Source: Yuukianura sp. NJ FZ-2021
Lineage: Eukaryota
Direction: 5' to 3'
Assembly: GCA_046563655.1 (NCBI GenBank)
Contig: CM102290.1
Span: 930,001-994,000, forward strand
Length of the DNA stretch: 64,000 nt
Below are positions 51,020 to 64,000 of this stretch, in pieces. Both the position numbers and the translations under genes were made by a program. The notes under the pieces were generated by a model. It saw only the letters and a list, made by a program, of their open reading frames with translations, ran no database searches and was not told where the DNA came from. How positions within the stretch are numbered: position 1 is the first letter of the stretch; every line of letters begins with the position of its first letter.

Positions 51020-54000
51020 TCAAGGAACATATGAATAAGTAGAGAAATTGAAGAAAAATCCGCCGTAAATGTTAGTTGTCGCGAAGAGGACAAAGATACA
51101 AGCGAAGTTCATGAACAGCCCAGTCTTGATCATGTCGCTCACTTTCAAATCTCCCGCCGAATACACAATAGCATTTGGAGGCGTGGCCTATCATAACAAC
51201 ACCAATTAATTATTTGATAATCATTGATTATTTAATTTTTGCCAGGTACATACCACTGGTAGCATAAACGCGTATGAGCAGGTCGTTGTGGCTGGAAGCG
51301 TCAAGTAGAGCGGATGAATATTCAATTCTTGCGACTATTTTAAAATTTCAAGAAAACCTTTGGAAACCGTTTTGCAAGATTTTTTATACTGTCCAAAAAC
51401 ACATACATACCAGTTCCAGAAGAATAGGGATCACAATACTTGCGGTAGCTTAACATGAAATGTACAAATCGTTTTGTATTGCAAGTAATTTTATAACAAA
51501 AGCCTTCAATTAAAATATTATATAAAATAATAATATAATAATGATACCCGTGTTGGACGCAACTTCTGTTACAAATCCAATCAGGATCATGCAACAAAGT
51601 TGAATCAAACTTGGCGGCAGAAAATGGAGAGCAGACAAGGTTTGGCCAATGGCTGACGATAGTCCTGCAGCCTTTGCTCCTGCGAAATTATAATTAAATT
51701 TTACTTCAATTACCTAAATTACCTTGGTTAACAAAAGACTTATTAGGTTATGTACCATTTGACAGGGCGTATCCACCACCTAAAATTGCAACAACGTTGT
51801 TATTAGTGGCATTTGTGGGAAAATGTAAAAACATGCCGTTTTTACCCAAAAGCATAACAACGCCCCAGGGAAATCGCTTCACCGCAAACTCGTAGTCCAG
51901 CAATGGTAGGAATTTAACACCCGAAAAATCTGTTAAAAATTTATAATTTAACAAGGACATTCCAAAAGCACATTTTCTTACCTCGTCTTCTGAAGGCACT
52001 GTAGAATTCTGGATTTCTAGGAACGACAAAGAATAGAATCCCTACGAAAAGACTTGATGAGGACAACGTCACTTTCCTGGGGAACCATGACCCCCATCCT
52101 GGGACAATCTTGGGGTCATGCAGAACCCATGTTGTTACGACGAACAGGAACAGAATCAACACTCCAATTTCATGCACACTGAGTCTGCCCAGTGCTTCGT
52201 ATTTCTCAATCAGCATTCCCTTGATCTTGTCTTCTACGTCTTTGGTAAATATGGAATTAGATGCTTTCCGTTCCTCCGAACTCTTCCAGAACCTATACCG
52301 ATTGGGCAGACCAAGAAAAACGATCTGGAGGTAAATCCAGGCAATGAAGAGACATATGAGCATTGGGAAGATGTTGAAGCCCATCCATGTGGCAAAGGTC
52401 AAGGCGGCATAGTCGCCGTGATGGGCAGGATCTAAGTCTCCTAGGAATTCGATCGCGACTAGATTCGTTCCACTTCCAGTTATTACACCAGTTCTAGAAC
52501 ATGAATCAATTGAAACTTAAATTAGGTTTGTTAATTTTTGAAAATACAAAATGCAAAAGTTGGGAATTGGATTTTACCCTCCGAGGTTTGAAGAGTAGCA
52601 AGTAGCTGTTCACAGATTTTGAGGGAATTCAAGAAACAAAACGCATAGTGAACTCTTTAGTGATCTGTCAACATAGTTGGCAAGTCGAAATTGTAAATGT
52701 CATTAGAATGTACCTAAAAGAAGCATTGTCTTCATGTTTGATATGGACTTGTCCAGGACCCTAGGCACAAATTTTGACAAAATTTTTGACCAAAATGTAG
52801 AATTCAAAAATTTCGACTTACTCTGCTACTGGTTTTGATTTTCTCTGAGATTTTAAATCTGGCGACGACTCCGCTTTGTTGAAGGTGACAGTTCCGCGAC
52901 GTCCTGTTGGAACTTCTGGATCCAACACAAACGCTTCATTGATGACTCCAATGCAAATTTTAGATGCATCTTCTTTCTCGTCTTTGTGACCTTTGACCTC
53001 ATGTCCATTGGAATCAATCATTATGTCCTGGTTTCCATTGCACAGTTGCTTCATGCTCTAAAGAAACAAAAGTTCGTATAGTAAGAATCACTGAGCATGC
53101 GTCGATACATTTTCAATACAAAGTGTTGTTACTTTGCCCAATTCGTCCACAATTGAAATGATAATCGGAACCATCATTGCTGAAATTGAATTTTTAGAAC
53201 TTAATTTTAATTATTAATTTTATGGGCATTTTAATTCTTAGTACAAATATGTTAACCTGTTGTAGCAGTATTGAACATCCACATGGACAAAAACATTGTG
53301 GTGAGCATTATTCCTAGAAGTAGCCTTAGAAAATGTTAGAAATTATTAAAAACGCATCACACTAAATTTTAAAAAAACTTGAAATACAAAAAATTTGCGC
53401 TTCCTACATTCCAATGCTGGTTCCAGTAAAAAGCATGACGCGAAGTGCCACTCGTTTGTGAAGTCCGCAGTACTCGAATGCAAGTGCCACCAAAAGTCCA
53501 CCAACAAACAATTGTACAGAATCCTTCAAATACTGCTGCGTTAGACTTTCTGGAAGTCAATCACTCGGTTAAATATTATCTAATTAACTAATTATTTAAT
53601 CATTATTTAAAAGTATTTGACTTAACTAGCCGATTTCTCAAACAAATTTATTGTTAATGTTAAATACCTGTGTGCTGAATGCCAAAAAGTGGATAGAAAA
53701 CTACTGGCAAAAATGCAGTTACTGCAATCGGCACAACTTCGGTCACCCAGTAGGCCGCAATTATTAAAACAATGTACGCTGCATTTGAAATCTGGTAGTG
53801 CAAACAGTATTTTAAAAAATCCAATTTTGGTAAGAAACCAATGCATGATTTCAGATAAAAACGAATTTGAAAAATAATTAAATTTTTAATATAATTAAAT
53901 TTTTAATTAATAAATAACTTTGTCAGAGATACGTTACCGTAGATTTTCCAAGTATTGGAATTGGCAGTAGAATGATTGGTAAACCAATTGCAAAGAAGAA

Positions 54001-54048
54001 CTTCCACGCACGGAGCAGCGGGTACTTGCTTGCCAGTGACTGAGTCAT
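51020..54048 (-). CDS. SLC13/Indy-family di/tricarboxylate transporter, copy 1 (divergent motifs)
   Basis: [93 protein letters not shown]. Stop at 51020-51022. Confidence 0.9.
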
Positions 54049-54556
54049 GTCGTCTTCCGTAAACAACTGAACAACCGACTCAACTTCATCAACTTATTTT
54101 AGTCGTGCTCAAATTTTTTTTAAGATCTTCTACGCAACTGTAATTTGGGTTAATGTTGTTCCAAATCATAAATTCACAAGAAAGTTATGTGCAAAATTTG
54201 CAGAATTTCAGATTTTTTTTTATTGTCCATGAAGTTACAAGAATTAGCTGATTATAAGAATTAGTGGAAGAGCACGTCCAGTTATTAATAAGTTTATGTC
54301 AAAATTAAAAATTGCCTTGATTCTGTCCATAATTCTTGATTTTTAAGACCTGCCTCTTCATTTTGTTGAACTTAATTACTTTAGTTTGTTCGTACCTTAA
54401 AGTTTGACGGATTATTACAAAAAAAAACTACGTTTGACCTTATAAAGTTTTAATTAAAGCGGAAAACTAATAAGCTACTCGCAGAGACCATGAACGTCGT
54501 CGTTTCTTATAAATATGTATTTTTGTAAAATTTAAGTAAAAATTTTAGTTTTTCTA

Positions 54557-57500
54557 CTACATTGCAGGATGCTTCGTAGAATTGGCATAGACGTAATTGG
54601 AGTAGTCGAACAGATAATCACCGTATGTAATATTCAGTAGAAACAACACAATGACGCAAGAGAAGTTAAGGAAAATTCCGCTTCTGGCCATGTCTAAATT
54701 GAAAAAATAGAAAATTAATTTAAAAAAGGAAAGTTATTTTTAAGGAATAAAAAATTACCTAAAATCCTCATATTCTTGGACGCTCCAAATACAATTGCAT
54801 TGGGAGGTGTAGCCACTGAAAATTTTGAAAAAAAATGTTATGAAAATTCGTACAGATCTGTTGGAGATTAACACTGGTTGCCTTCGAGTAAATTTTAACC
54901 TGGTAACATGAAAGCATAAGAGCAAGTAACTGTTGCTGGTAACGTCAGGTACAAAGGATGAAGATTGAGATTTCTTGACTGCAAAAATTAAAATCAAAAT
55001 CATTGTTTAAAATTTCATTGCTTAAGACACTCTGAATCAAAAAAGTAGTTTTTAAGAGTGCGTTCAATTACCAGAGCCAGTAGAATGGGAATGATGATAT
55101 TTGCACATGCAGCATTCGATGCAATTTCTGTTACAAACGCTGTACAAATCATTACAATTAATAAAATTATGCGCTCGTCTAATGCTGCCAAGCCATTCAA
55201 CTGATCTCCAATCCATGGTCCAAGGCCAGATACTTCTGCGGCATCGGACAACGCAAAACCACCACCTATTCAAAACATATCATTAACGAGGATTAATAAA
55301 TATATTCATGTATAAATATATACTAAATATTAAATGTAATAATAGCAATACCCATTAGGAGAACTATTCCCCAAGGTAAATTGTCTTGGACATACTTCCA
55401 ATCCAGGAGAGCTCCAGACGAACCTACAAATCAAAGTTTTTCAATGGAAAACTTTTAGAGTTAATTTATTTAACTAGCCAATTTTACTTAATGGAACTCT
55501 AATTTGCGGTTTGTTTGTTTATATCTTTAAGTGTTAGTCTATTTTTGTTATTCCATGAGTCAACACTCCTTCCCTACCTTATGAAATTCTAATTGCACTT
55601 CAATACATAGAACCTATATTTAGGATTTACGTCGAACCCATTACATAGTATTTTGTTTTCCTTTTCAAAAGTAAATTTACACCTTACTTTGCTAATTACT
55701 TGCACAATTCTTAGAAGAATTTAGCTTAAATTATTCAAATGCGTCAGATTTTCGAAGAATTTGCTAAACTGACGTTAGATTTACAATTTTTGTTTAGGTT
55801 TACTCAAATTGCGACAGTGGAAATCAAGGTTTAATAAATGAGAAACTGGTTTTTTCTTCAACAGGTTACACAATAACTAACTTTTTAAATTTTGTTTAAA
55901 AAATGGAGAAAAAACTGGGGGGGGGGGAGGGGAGGATTAGCAGCCAGATTAAAAAAACGTACTTATTGCTCCTTATTTTAATTAACCTTGCTTATTGCCT
56001 AACCTGTTAAAGAAAAACTATTACGTCGCTGTTGGTACCTTGGTGGAGATTGCCAATTATTATAGCCAATTTCTGTGAACTCAAAGCAATTTGCTCACCT
56101 CCAGTGAAGAACGACAAGTTGCGTGGAATTATGAACAGAAAGAGAACGACCAGCATGGCTGCCGTGGAGTCTCCAATTTCAACGTACGGAACATACGCCG
56201 CCCAGCCCTTGATGAGTCCCGGATCTCTGAAGAGCCAGAGACAGACGACGAGGAAGAACAAAATAGCGACCCACGTTTCATGGAAAGTCATTGACCCCAG
56301 GTCTTTGTACTTCTGCTTCAGGATTCTGCCTACATTCCCTTCAGCTCTTTCTCTGGTGGCTCCTGACCTCTGACCTTTCCCACACCTCAGCCACTGCGGT
56401 CTACCGAAGAAGGAAATGGTCAAGTAGATCCAGGCGATGAATACGTTGATGAGCATCCCAGGAATGTTGAATGCCATCCATGTTGCAAATGTGAGATCAG
56501 TGTACTTCCCGTCTTGACCAATGTTTTCTCTATCACCCAATTCAAAATGTTATTCAAAAACCAACAGAAGTGTTTAGATAAATGAAGAACACGAGTTGAA
56601 ATGAAACAAGCGACAGACAAAGCAATAGCTTGCTAGTAAGTGTAGCTGGGATAAGAAATTGGAAATCTTGGCCAGCGCTGCGTACTTACGTTTTTAGAAG
56701 CTCAATCAGAATTAAGTTTGGAGCTGTACCGGTGATTGTGCCAGTCCTTTATTAGTTGGTTAACAAGCAACATTTGATTAGTTTTGGAGTGTGATTGGGT
56801 AATTAGTAAACTTGGTTAGTGTGTTAAGGCACTCACCCGCCAAGGTTAGAAGAATAAGCGAGTGATAGCAAATACATTTTCTCTAGAGCATTGTAAAATC
56901 CTTTCCTTTTTCTGAAAAGTTAATTTTCAAACAAGTCAGTTTCAACCCAAAAGCAAACGAAATGTGTTAGTGTTATTTGTACCATGCTAGCTTACACATA
57001 TTCATGCAAACCTTTTATGTTTAGTTGAATGGTTCATTAGTGTTTAGCAAAGTTTTAACAAGAAGCAAAGTTTTTGTTTCAACTTTTAAAAACTTTTGGA
57101 TTTTGTGAGTAACATGCAGCATTTTGAGTTTGCTTACTCATGGATTCTGGACCTAAGAACGAGGTTGGGAGCAGTTCCGGTCAGGAATCCTGTTCCGCCA
57201 ACATTGGAAGCATAAGCGATGGACAGGAGAATGACTTTGCCAAACCTTTGGTTGCAAAGTAGACAATTGAACATCAGAAGCACATTTAAATGCATTTGTT
57301 AAACCGTGATCAATGAACATGCATCGACAATAAGATTACAGGCGAAATGTTAACATTTTGGTACAGACAGGAAATGTAAAGATTTGTGACATTTTTATAA
57401 GTTCATTATAAAACAGAGTACAAAGTCATGCTACACAAAGGTGAAAACGTGCGTCAGTTAGTACTTTTGGTGTTCATGAATGAGCATTTTTGAGTTGCAT

Positions 57501-60080
57501 TTGAGAGTGCCAACTGCAGTCAAGGGCGAGCGAGCAACAACACAAAATAGTCGAAGACAAAGAAGAACAAGGTTTTTTGACTTTGATTTTCTTTAACAGG
57601 TTGGGTAGTACCTCATGTTTGTTTGATTTAAAAAGAAAGTGACTTTTCATTTCAGGGCATCGTAGTAACCATAACAATACAGCCTAATTTTTTAAATTTT
57701 GCATACGAATGTGCAGAAATTTTTTGGATTGGCACTAAAATTGGTACCAATTTTTTTTGTGTTTTGTTTTTTTGTTTTTCTGTCAACAAATGAGGTAGTA
57801 CCCAACCTGTTAAAGAAAATTAACTTTTCGTTGTCAAGGAACCTTGAAGAAGACAGACGTCCCAAGCATACCCTTTGGTCACACGGTAGAGCTCGATCGA
57901 AGTTATGGACGTATAAGGCCAAAACAGTCCACCAATATTTGCTGCACACGTAACTCCAAGGAACAACTGATTCCTAAGTGACATTTTGTCTATTGACCCT
58001 GCCAGGGTTACCGTGTCCTTCTCCTCTGCCAATGGCATTACTGATGACCCATCAGCATATCTTGAGTGGAACACCAATATGAATTTAGTACTTGAGAAAA
58101 CAAAACGGTGGAATCTGCGCAGTGACGTACTCAAAAAGGCGCGCAATTTTCAAAGTATCAGATTTTTCTGACGAAGGCGCCTTGCTCTGATTTGTCAGTA
58201 ACCCTACTCTAGTTGTCCTTGCTTGCTAAAAAATTTGTGTTTAGCGATGTCGCAATCATAACTTAGGTTAATCTTTTTTTGCACTTACTTGTCTCCATAT
58301 TCGTTCGACGCAGACGGAGACTCTGACGATCGAATGTACACTTCGTCATCTTGAAATGACCCGCCTTTTGTACTTGCGTTTGCCGATGGCAGAGAGGGGA
58401 GTCGAGATCGTCCATTCTCAATCCTCGGATTTTCAACATCCCCGTCCTAAACATACAATTTTTATGTAGTATAAAAATAAATTTTAAAAATATACAATAG
58501 AAACTATTAAATTTTATGACTAATAAACTGCTTACCCTGCACAATTCGCTTATGACAGCCAGGACAATAGGAACCTGCGAGTAAGTAGTTGTTTGAATTG
58601 TTGGGAAATCTTTGAGAAGTGAAATTTTGTAAAATGTTGAAATCTGACCATCATCGCTGTCGTAGCTGTATTGGAAATCCACATTGAAAGGAACATTGTG
58701 GTCATCATGACTCCCAGCATCAATCTAGGCGGTGAACAAAAAGTAAGGTCAAGGTCAAATGTGATAGGCGCTCGCATGGAAGCCTAACTTGTTCGAACCT
58801 GTTCATACCAATCACAGTTTTACTTATAAAACAAATTTTTGAGACAAATGCAAATTCCTCGGAAAATTTACACTGTAACCTATGTGTCTTTAAACATAAA
58901 TATTGCGATGACCTTTACCTTGCAGCTGAAGTGACAATTGTGACGGTCTAGGTCAAAGGAATTACGTATTCAACCATTACATATTAATACGATAATTGTA
59001 CCTACGGTGATTATCAATCACTCAAACTTGAAAACCTATCATTACAGAATGAAAAGAACTAAATAGTCAAAGCGGGAAGTTTAAAAGTTGGCGTTCCTGC
59101 TGAGGCCAAATTCCCAAACGTGTAAATCTAGTTGACATTGGGCGTGCATGGCCTCTAAATAGTTCAAGTGACATTTGATTTAGCCCTTAGCCAAAATGAC
59201 TGACACTAACAAGGTTAACTTTGGAAATCAGTTGTTAGTGTACTGACAGGTAGCAGAATTAAGTAGGGGTAGGCTTCTGCGCATTCTCATATATAATAAT
59301 TCACGTCTCCACTTCCTTTCGAATGTTCACACGCAACATTCAAACACTAAAGTAACACGTTAATGACTCTAAATACACTTTCACAATAATTATCAAATTC
59401 CAGGACGCAAAAAATACAATTAAAAAATATTTTTGAATAAAATCTTAATTTTAATTCGTAATTTTTTAGCAAAGTATTACCTGACCGGTGAAGTTCCAAA
59501 CCACGTCATAACACGAAGTGCAATTCTCTTGTGCAAATTGCAGTATTCAACAGACAGGGCAATAATTATACCTCCAAGGAACATCATATTGGTTTCCTTC
59601 ATATAATTGATTGATACTTTGCCTAAAATTTAAAAAAAATTTTTTTTTTAATTCTCAAAAAAGTAGTTTGTATTTTTTTTTTTTTGGATTTACCTGTATC
59701 CTGTACTCCCAAAAGTGGAAAAAGTACAATTGGAAGTAGAGCTGTAATTGCCAATGGCAGAGCTTCAATCATCCAGTACACTGCCATTAGGATTATGACA
59801 TAGGCACACTTGAATTTCTAAGTGTCAAGGTCAAATTTCAGACTTTTATTACAAAATTGCTAGCAATTTGCAAATTATAGCGCAAAGTGGGCGTGACCAT
59901 GCGCGTGTAGCATAAAACAATGGAACTTACGGTGGCTGGACGTTCTTCTGGCGTTCCAGGGAAGACGACATCCGTGTCTTCTATGAACAGTAATGGACAC
60001 AGGACAAATGGAAGTAGAATGACCACAAAGAATCTCCAGTTGATTAAAATTGGCCATCGTTCTTTCAGGGAAATTGCCAT
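54557..60080 (-). CDS. SLC13/Indy-family transporter, copy 2, with alternative TM5 exon cassettes
   Basis: [84 protein letters not shown]. Three homologous cassettes between 56690 and 58060. Confidence 0.9.
57586..57820. mobile_element. MITE-like inverted-repeat element between SLC13 alternative exons
   Basis: ~30-bp TIRs ATTTTCTTTAACAGGTTGGGTAGTACCTCAT / ATGAGGTAGTACCCAACCTGTTAAAGAAAAT. Target duplication not resolved. Confidence 0.7.
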
Positions 60081-63000
60081 TCTTCAGTGCAAAATCCAAA
60101 AAAGTAAAAAGTGTTGAGTAACAAAAAACTAAAATTTGGAAATTCAAAGAATTTCAAATTTATGAATTCCGCGAAGAGAACGTAAGAGCAACTGGGATGT
60201 ATTCAGTAGGAGTCGCAGATATTACATATAAGCTATTTAAACTGATGGGGAGGATTTAAATAGTAAATAGTTTGCAGATTAATTTGACAATAACTGTTTC
60301 GCGATAATCGATAAATAAGCGTCCCCGACACCCCGTGATTTAGCTAAAAGTCGGCTCATGTAATCAGGTACTAAAACGCGTGTTATAGGGTTAAGGGAAC
60401 TATCGGTGCATGCCAATTTAGTTAAGGTGTCAGTAGTGTCAAGATCATTTGAGAATCGTAAAACGTCAAATAAGAACATTACTATCCATAACTGTCAAAC
60501 TGTGGGATATGGGCTTCCCTAATGCATTTTTAATAATTTTTCAACACTTCAATAGCAAGTACTTTACAATTTATCAGGCGCAATCTCAAGTGTTATGAGT
60601 TCACATGCAAGAGGATTTGAAGTGTCAAATATTTTTTGGAATTTAACGAAAAAAAAAGTTTTTTTGAGTTAAAAAATTGAAAACTGAATTAAATTGTTAT
60701 TTCTTAGCAGCACGGTTATTCTATGGAAAGCACAAAAATTTTGTTTGCCTTTCGTGTTTGAACGAAGTTTTAATTCGTTTACCTTCTCGGAACGACGCTG
60801 GAAATTTTCTAGATTTCGTATGTAGATAAAGTGACACGATTTGGGGCACAGTGGTAAATTACAAGCACTTCAAAATAACAATGTGCAAAAAAATGGCAAA
60901 CTATTCAATTTTGGATCCATGACATGATTACGTACTGTTTGCTTATTGTTTAACAGAGTTATTCAATTTTCCTGGACAGATTCCCTGGAACACTCACTCC
61001 CCGATGCCTTTTAACATTTAAACTTGTGAACCACAAAGCGTTTTTCGCGAAAAGGGGATTTTGCACACAGACTTTTTTTTTGCACAGAACCTGACGTAAC
61101 ATGGAACATGCACATTGGGTTAGCAGAAATTGCAGAAATACGAGCATTTAGGTTTTTGCAAAATTAAAAAGTACAATGAACGAAACTTTAATTGCTAGCA
61201 GTTGTAACTACCAAAATCGAATGGCTCTTTTTTCAAGTATTTTGCAAAATTGTTACACAGAGCCTTATGTAATCAAATTACATCTCAACAACAAAAACAA
61301 CAACGATGTGTATCCACTTCAATTTAGTTGCCAAAATGATTGATTTCTGCAGACTTTAAGATCATTTGAGCGTCATGCAATGTCTTCTACACCAACTATC
61401 TAACTACTGTGTGAGACCTGCACATTGCACATAGACTTTTAAACTATGAAGTTTTGATTTGATCGCCATGTCAGTGATTCCGAAATGCTTGACTGATATC
61501 CAATTAATAACCGTTGTTAAATTCGCATAGCATTCAAGTAGGAAGTTATAAAATTCTGTGAGCAGTCGTATTTTAAAGGGCAATGACTCGTTGTAAGTCA
61601 AAAGTTATGCGCATTATGGCAAAAGCGAAAGAGTCAACTTAAATCCAGGAAAAATGAAAGTTAAGCACTCACAATTGTCAAGATTGCTCAATTTCAATCT
61701 GAGTTTAATTGTTGCTCATGCGTAGAAGTTACAATTAACATGAGATCATTTCAGATATAACCGTCTGAACGTTGAGAATCTTACCGTGTTCTGCCACGCG
61801 TACTTACTTTGGAATTGACAAATAAAATGGACATTGCGTAACTAAAAATATTTGTAAAGACACACACTTTGACACACGAAAAGAACAAGTTAATGTCACA
61901 TTAAAATTAAAGTGGAATACAATAGTCGAAGGCTCAGTCGACTAAATCCTTCTGCCTAACTATTACAAGTTACCACAAATTGAGCATAAACTCAATACTA
62001 ATCAGTTCCCCACCAATTCCTGCGGTGGTGGGGACTTTACAGAAATCGACTTCTGTTAAGAAATGTGCCAGACAGTGCACAATTGCATATCTCCTTTGGT
62101 GTCATGTCCCATTAGGTATCTTCTGCAATTGAAGTCATCGTCATCTTTGGAGTTACAAGAGGCAGAGTGAATTTGGGAGCGATAGCTGAATCTTCCATGT
62201 TGTACGACTCCTAAATCATTAGATCTCTGAACAAATTCAACTGACTACTACAGTTTTCATTTGATCAATTGGCCTTGAATGACTCTTTGTTCCCATTAAA
62301 AAGCGAACAGCGATTACGGTGCGGTTTTGGTTGGTTGCGGTTAGACGACCAGGACAATATGCGTCTAGTATTTACAATTCCCAGGAACACAGATTCTACT
62401 TAGAAGCAATCAAATCAAATGATGTTAATTCAACAATTGATGTCATAATTTTTTTTAACAAAGGTACAACATGAGTTAACAGGAAGTGTCCATTCAAACA
62501 GTTTTTGTCATATTTGTTATTCAGAATTTTGAACAGATTAAATATTCAAATGTGCTTTTTTTGTCTGTAGGTACTGTTTGTAAACATGACATATTCGTGT
62601 ACAACTACTAAAAACTTTGAAAAGTCATACAAATAACAACTGTAAAACTGGAACAGTACAGTTTTTGTTTACGATAACAAATCTAATACTTACTCCAACT
62701 TTTCAAGATTTCATTCATTCAATAAAAAATTAATTTTGACACTCATGAAGTCGTTTGGTGACGTCCAGCAACCGGAGGATGCGGATGTGGTCGGGGGTTG
62801 TCAAAATTCGTAGCAGTTCATAATGGCGAAACCAAAATGAGCTACTCCAATAAGAGCTAAAAAATATGGGCTACTCCAGAAAGGGCTACACTCCAACGAC
62901 TGTACGTCAGACCAGTAAAAAATGACACTCCCATGTCATTCAGTTTTGCAAGCGATGCAGATGACCTCGGTTAGTTTTTTTTTTCGTTGTATCAATGACC

Positions 63001-64000
63001 CCAATCCAACCCCAAATGTTATGAAAATTGTAAGTAAAGTGCCGCAATTTCAATTAAAGCGCTTTCCGATATCAGAGATTTGAAGTTCTAACTTTGCGGT
63101 TGCAGCGTCTGCTTCTGTCGCAAGTATAGCAAGTGTCACTCACAACATCACGACTTGAAGATGGTATTTGCAATGTAAAGGACTCGTGTCAAGTGATAAA
63201 ATAATACAAAGACCAATTGAGCAAAGTTAACAAGGTTAAAGTTTACTTTGTAGTAAGGTTCTTTGGAATAGTGTTCCTGGATGAAGCTTTATGACGCAGG
63301 TTGTCAAATAAGAATTTGACAAGCGGCGTCATTGTAATCTCATGTTTCAAAACGCCCGGCGTCTTTCCGTGTATAACCGTCTGAGAATTAAAGAACATTC
63401 ACGATTCACAGAAAAATAAGCGTCTCATGCGGAAAAGTGTTTCAATTTGGAAAAAAAAATCCTTTAATTTTAGAACATTTTCATCGACATTTGCAAAAAA
63501 AGAGTGAAATTGTAATCAGGATGAGTCCTAAAGTGTGTTCTAATTGTAAACTTTGACAATCTAATTTAAACTTTCCGTTTAAAGCATATCTTTCCTTGAA
63601 ATTTAGTAAAAAATCAATTCTAAGCGCGAACGCTCAAAAAATTGTTCGTGTAATAAATTCTAATGCAGGAAGTGAAAAGCCTCGAAAATGGACCAATACG
63701 ATAGAAATTGCGAAATAGGCGCGTGCTTTTTTTTTCTTTCGTTTTTGGTGTGTATTGTAAAGGAAGATGGCAATGAAGAAATCCATTTTCATCATTCTGC
63801 ATATTAAAAACCATGTTATATGTTTTTACTTGAAACATGATTCAACTACTAACAAGGTTATTACGATATACAATATACATAGTTGTACATTGCAAAGTTA
63901 ACTATTTTTTTTAACCATTAATAAACAATGCTTCTGTAATGCTTAATAGTTAGTTTCTATATTAAGTAAAAAAAAAAACTTTAAACACACTTAATTTGAA

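Noticed and set aside
58749..59833. TCAAGGTCA (FTZ-F1/ERR-like) sites at 58749 and 59825
   Set aside because: Both lie just upstream of minus-strand 3' splice sites and are explained as branch-point/pyrimidine-tract sequence.
1..64000. CRISPR arrays, rRNA, intact tRNA genes, transposase or reverse-transcriptase ORFs
   Set aside because: None recognised; the window is intron-containing eukaryotic DNA with only non-autonomous elements.

Overview
Eukaryotic, AT-rich, compact arthropod DNA with many short (about 55-100 nt) GT-AG introns. The CYP18A1/CYP306-type pair points to a pancrustacean; a springtail-like hexapod is only a guess. Gene order: 3' end of an unidentified intron-free ORF (+), BUD23 (-), UFD1 (+), TBCCD1 (-), a CCCH-zinc-finger/extended-Tudor (Krimper-like) gene (-), a palindrome-rich insertion, a fused/STK36 pseudogene with a Harbinger-type MITE, ~16 kb of non-coding DNA with perfect ecdysone-response palindromes, CYP18A1 (+), a convergent CYP306A1/phantom-like gene (-), a GPR83/NPY-type GPCR (-), SNRNP27 (+), FAHD1 (+) and two tandem SLC13/Indy transporters (-). 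Two highlights. (1) The phantom-like gene is an intact 8-exon, 494-codon P450 that has lost the heme-ligating Cys, the WxxxR motif and the I-helix AGxDT motif while keeping ExxR and PERF, so it is a candidate P450 pseudoenzyme at the ecdysteroid 25-hydroxylase locus. (2) The second SLC13 gene carries three phase-compatible homologous exon cassettes for the TM5 Na+/substrate-binding segment, one lacking the conserved motif, suggesting a mutually exclusive splicing switch. All exon models were built by hand; no database searches were run.
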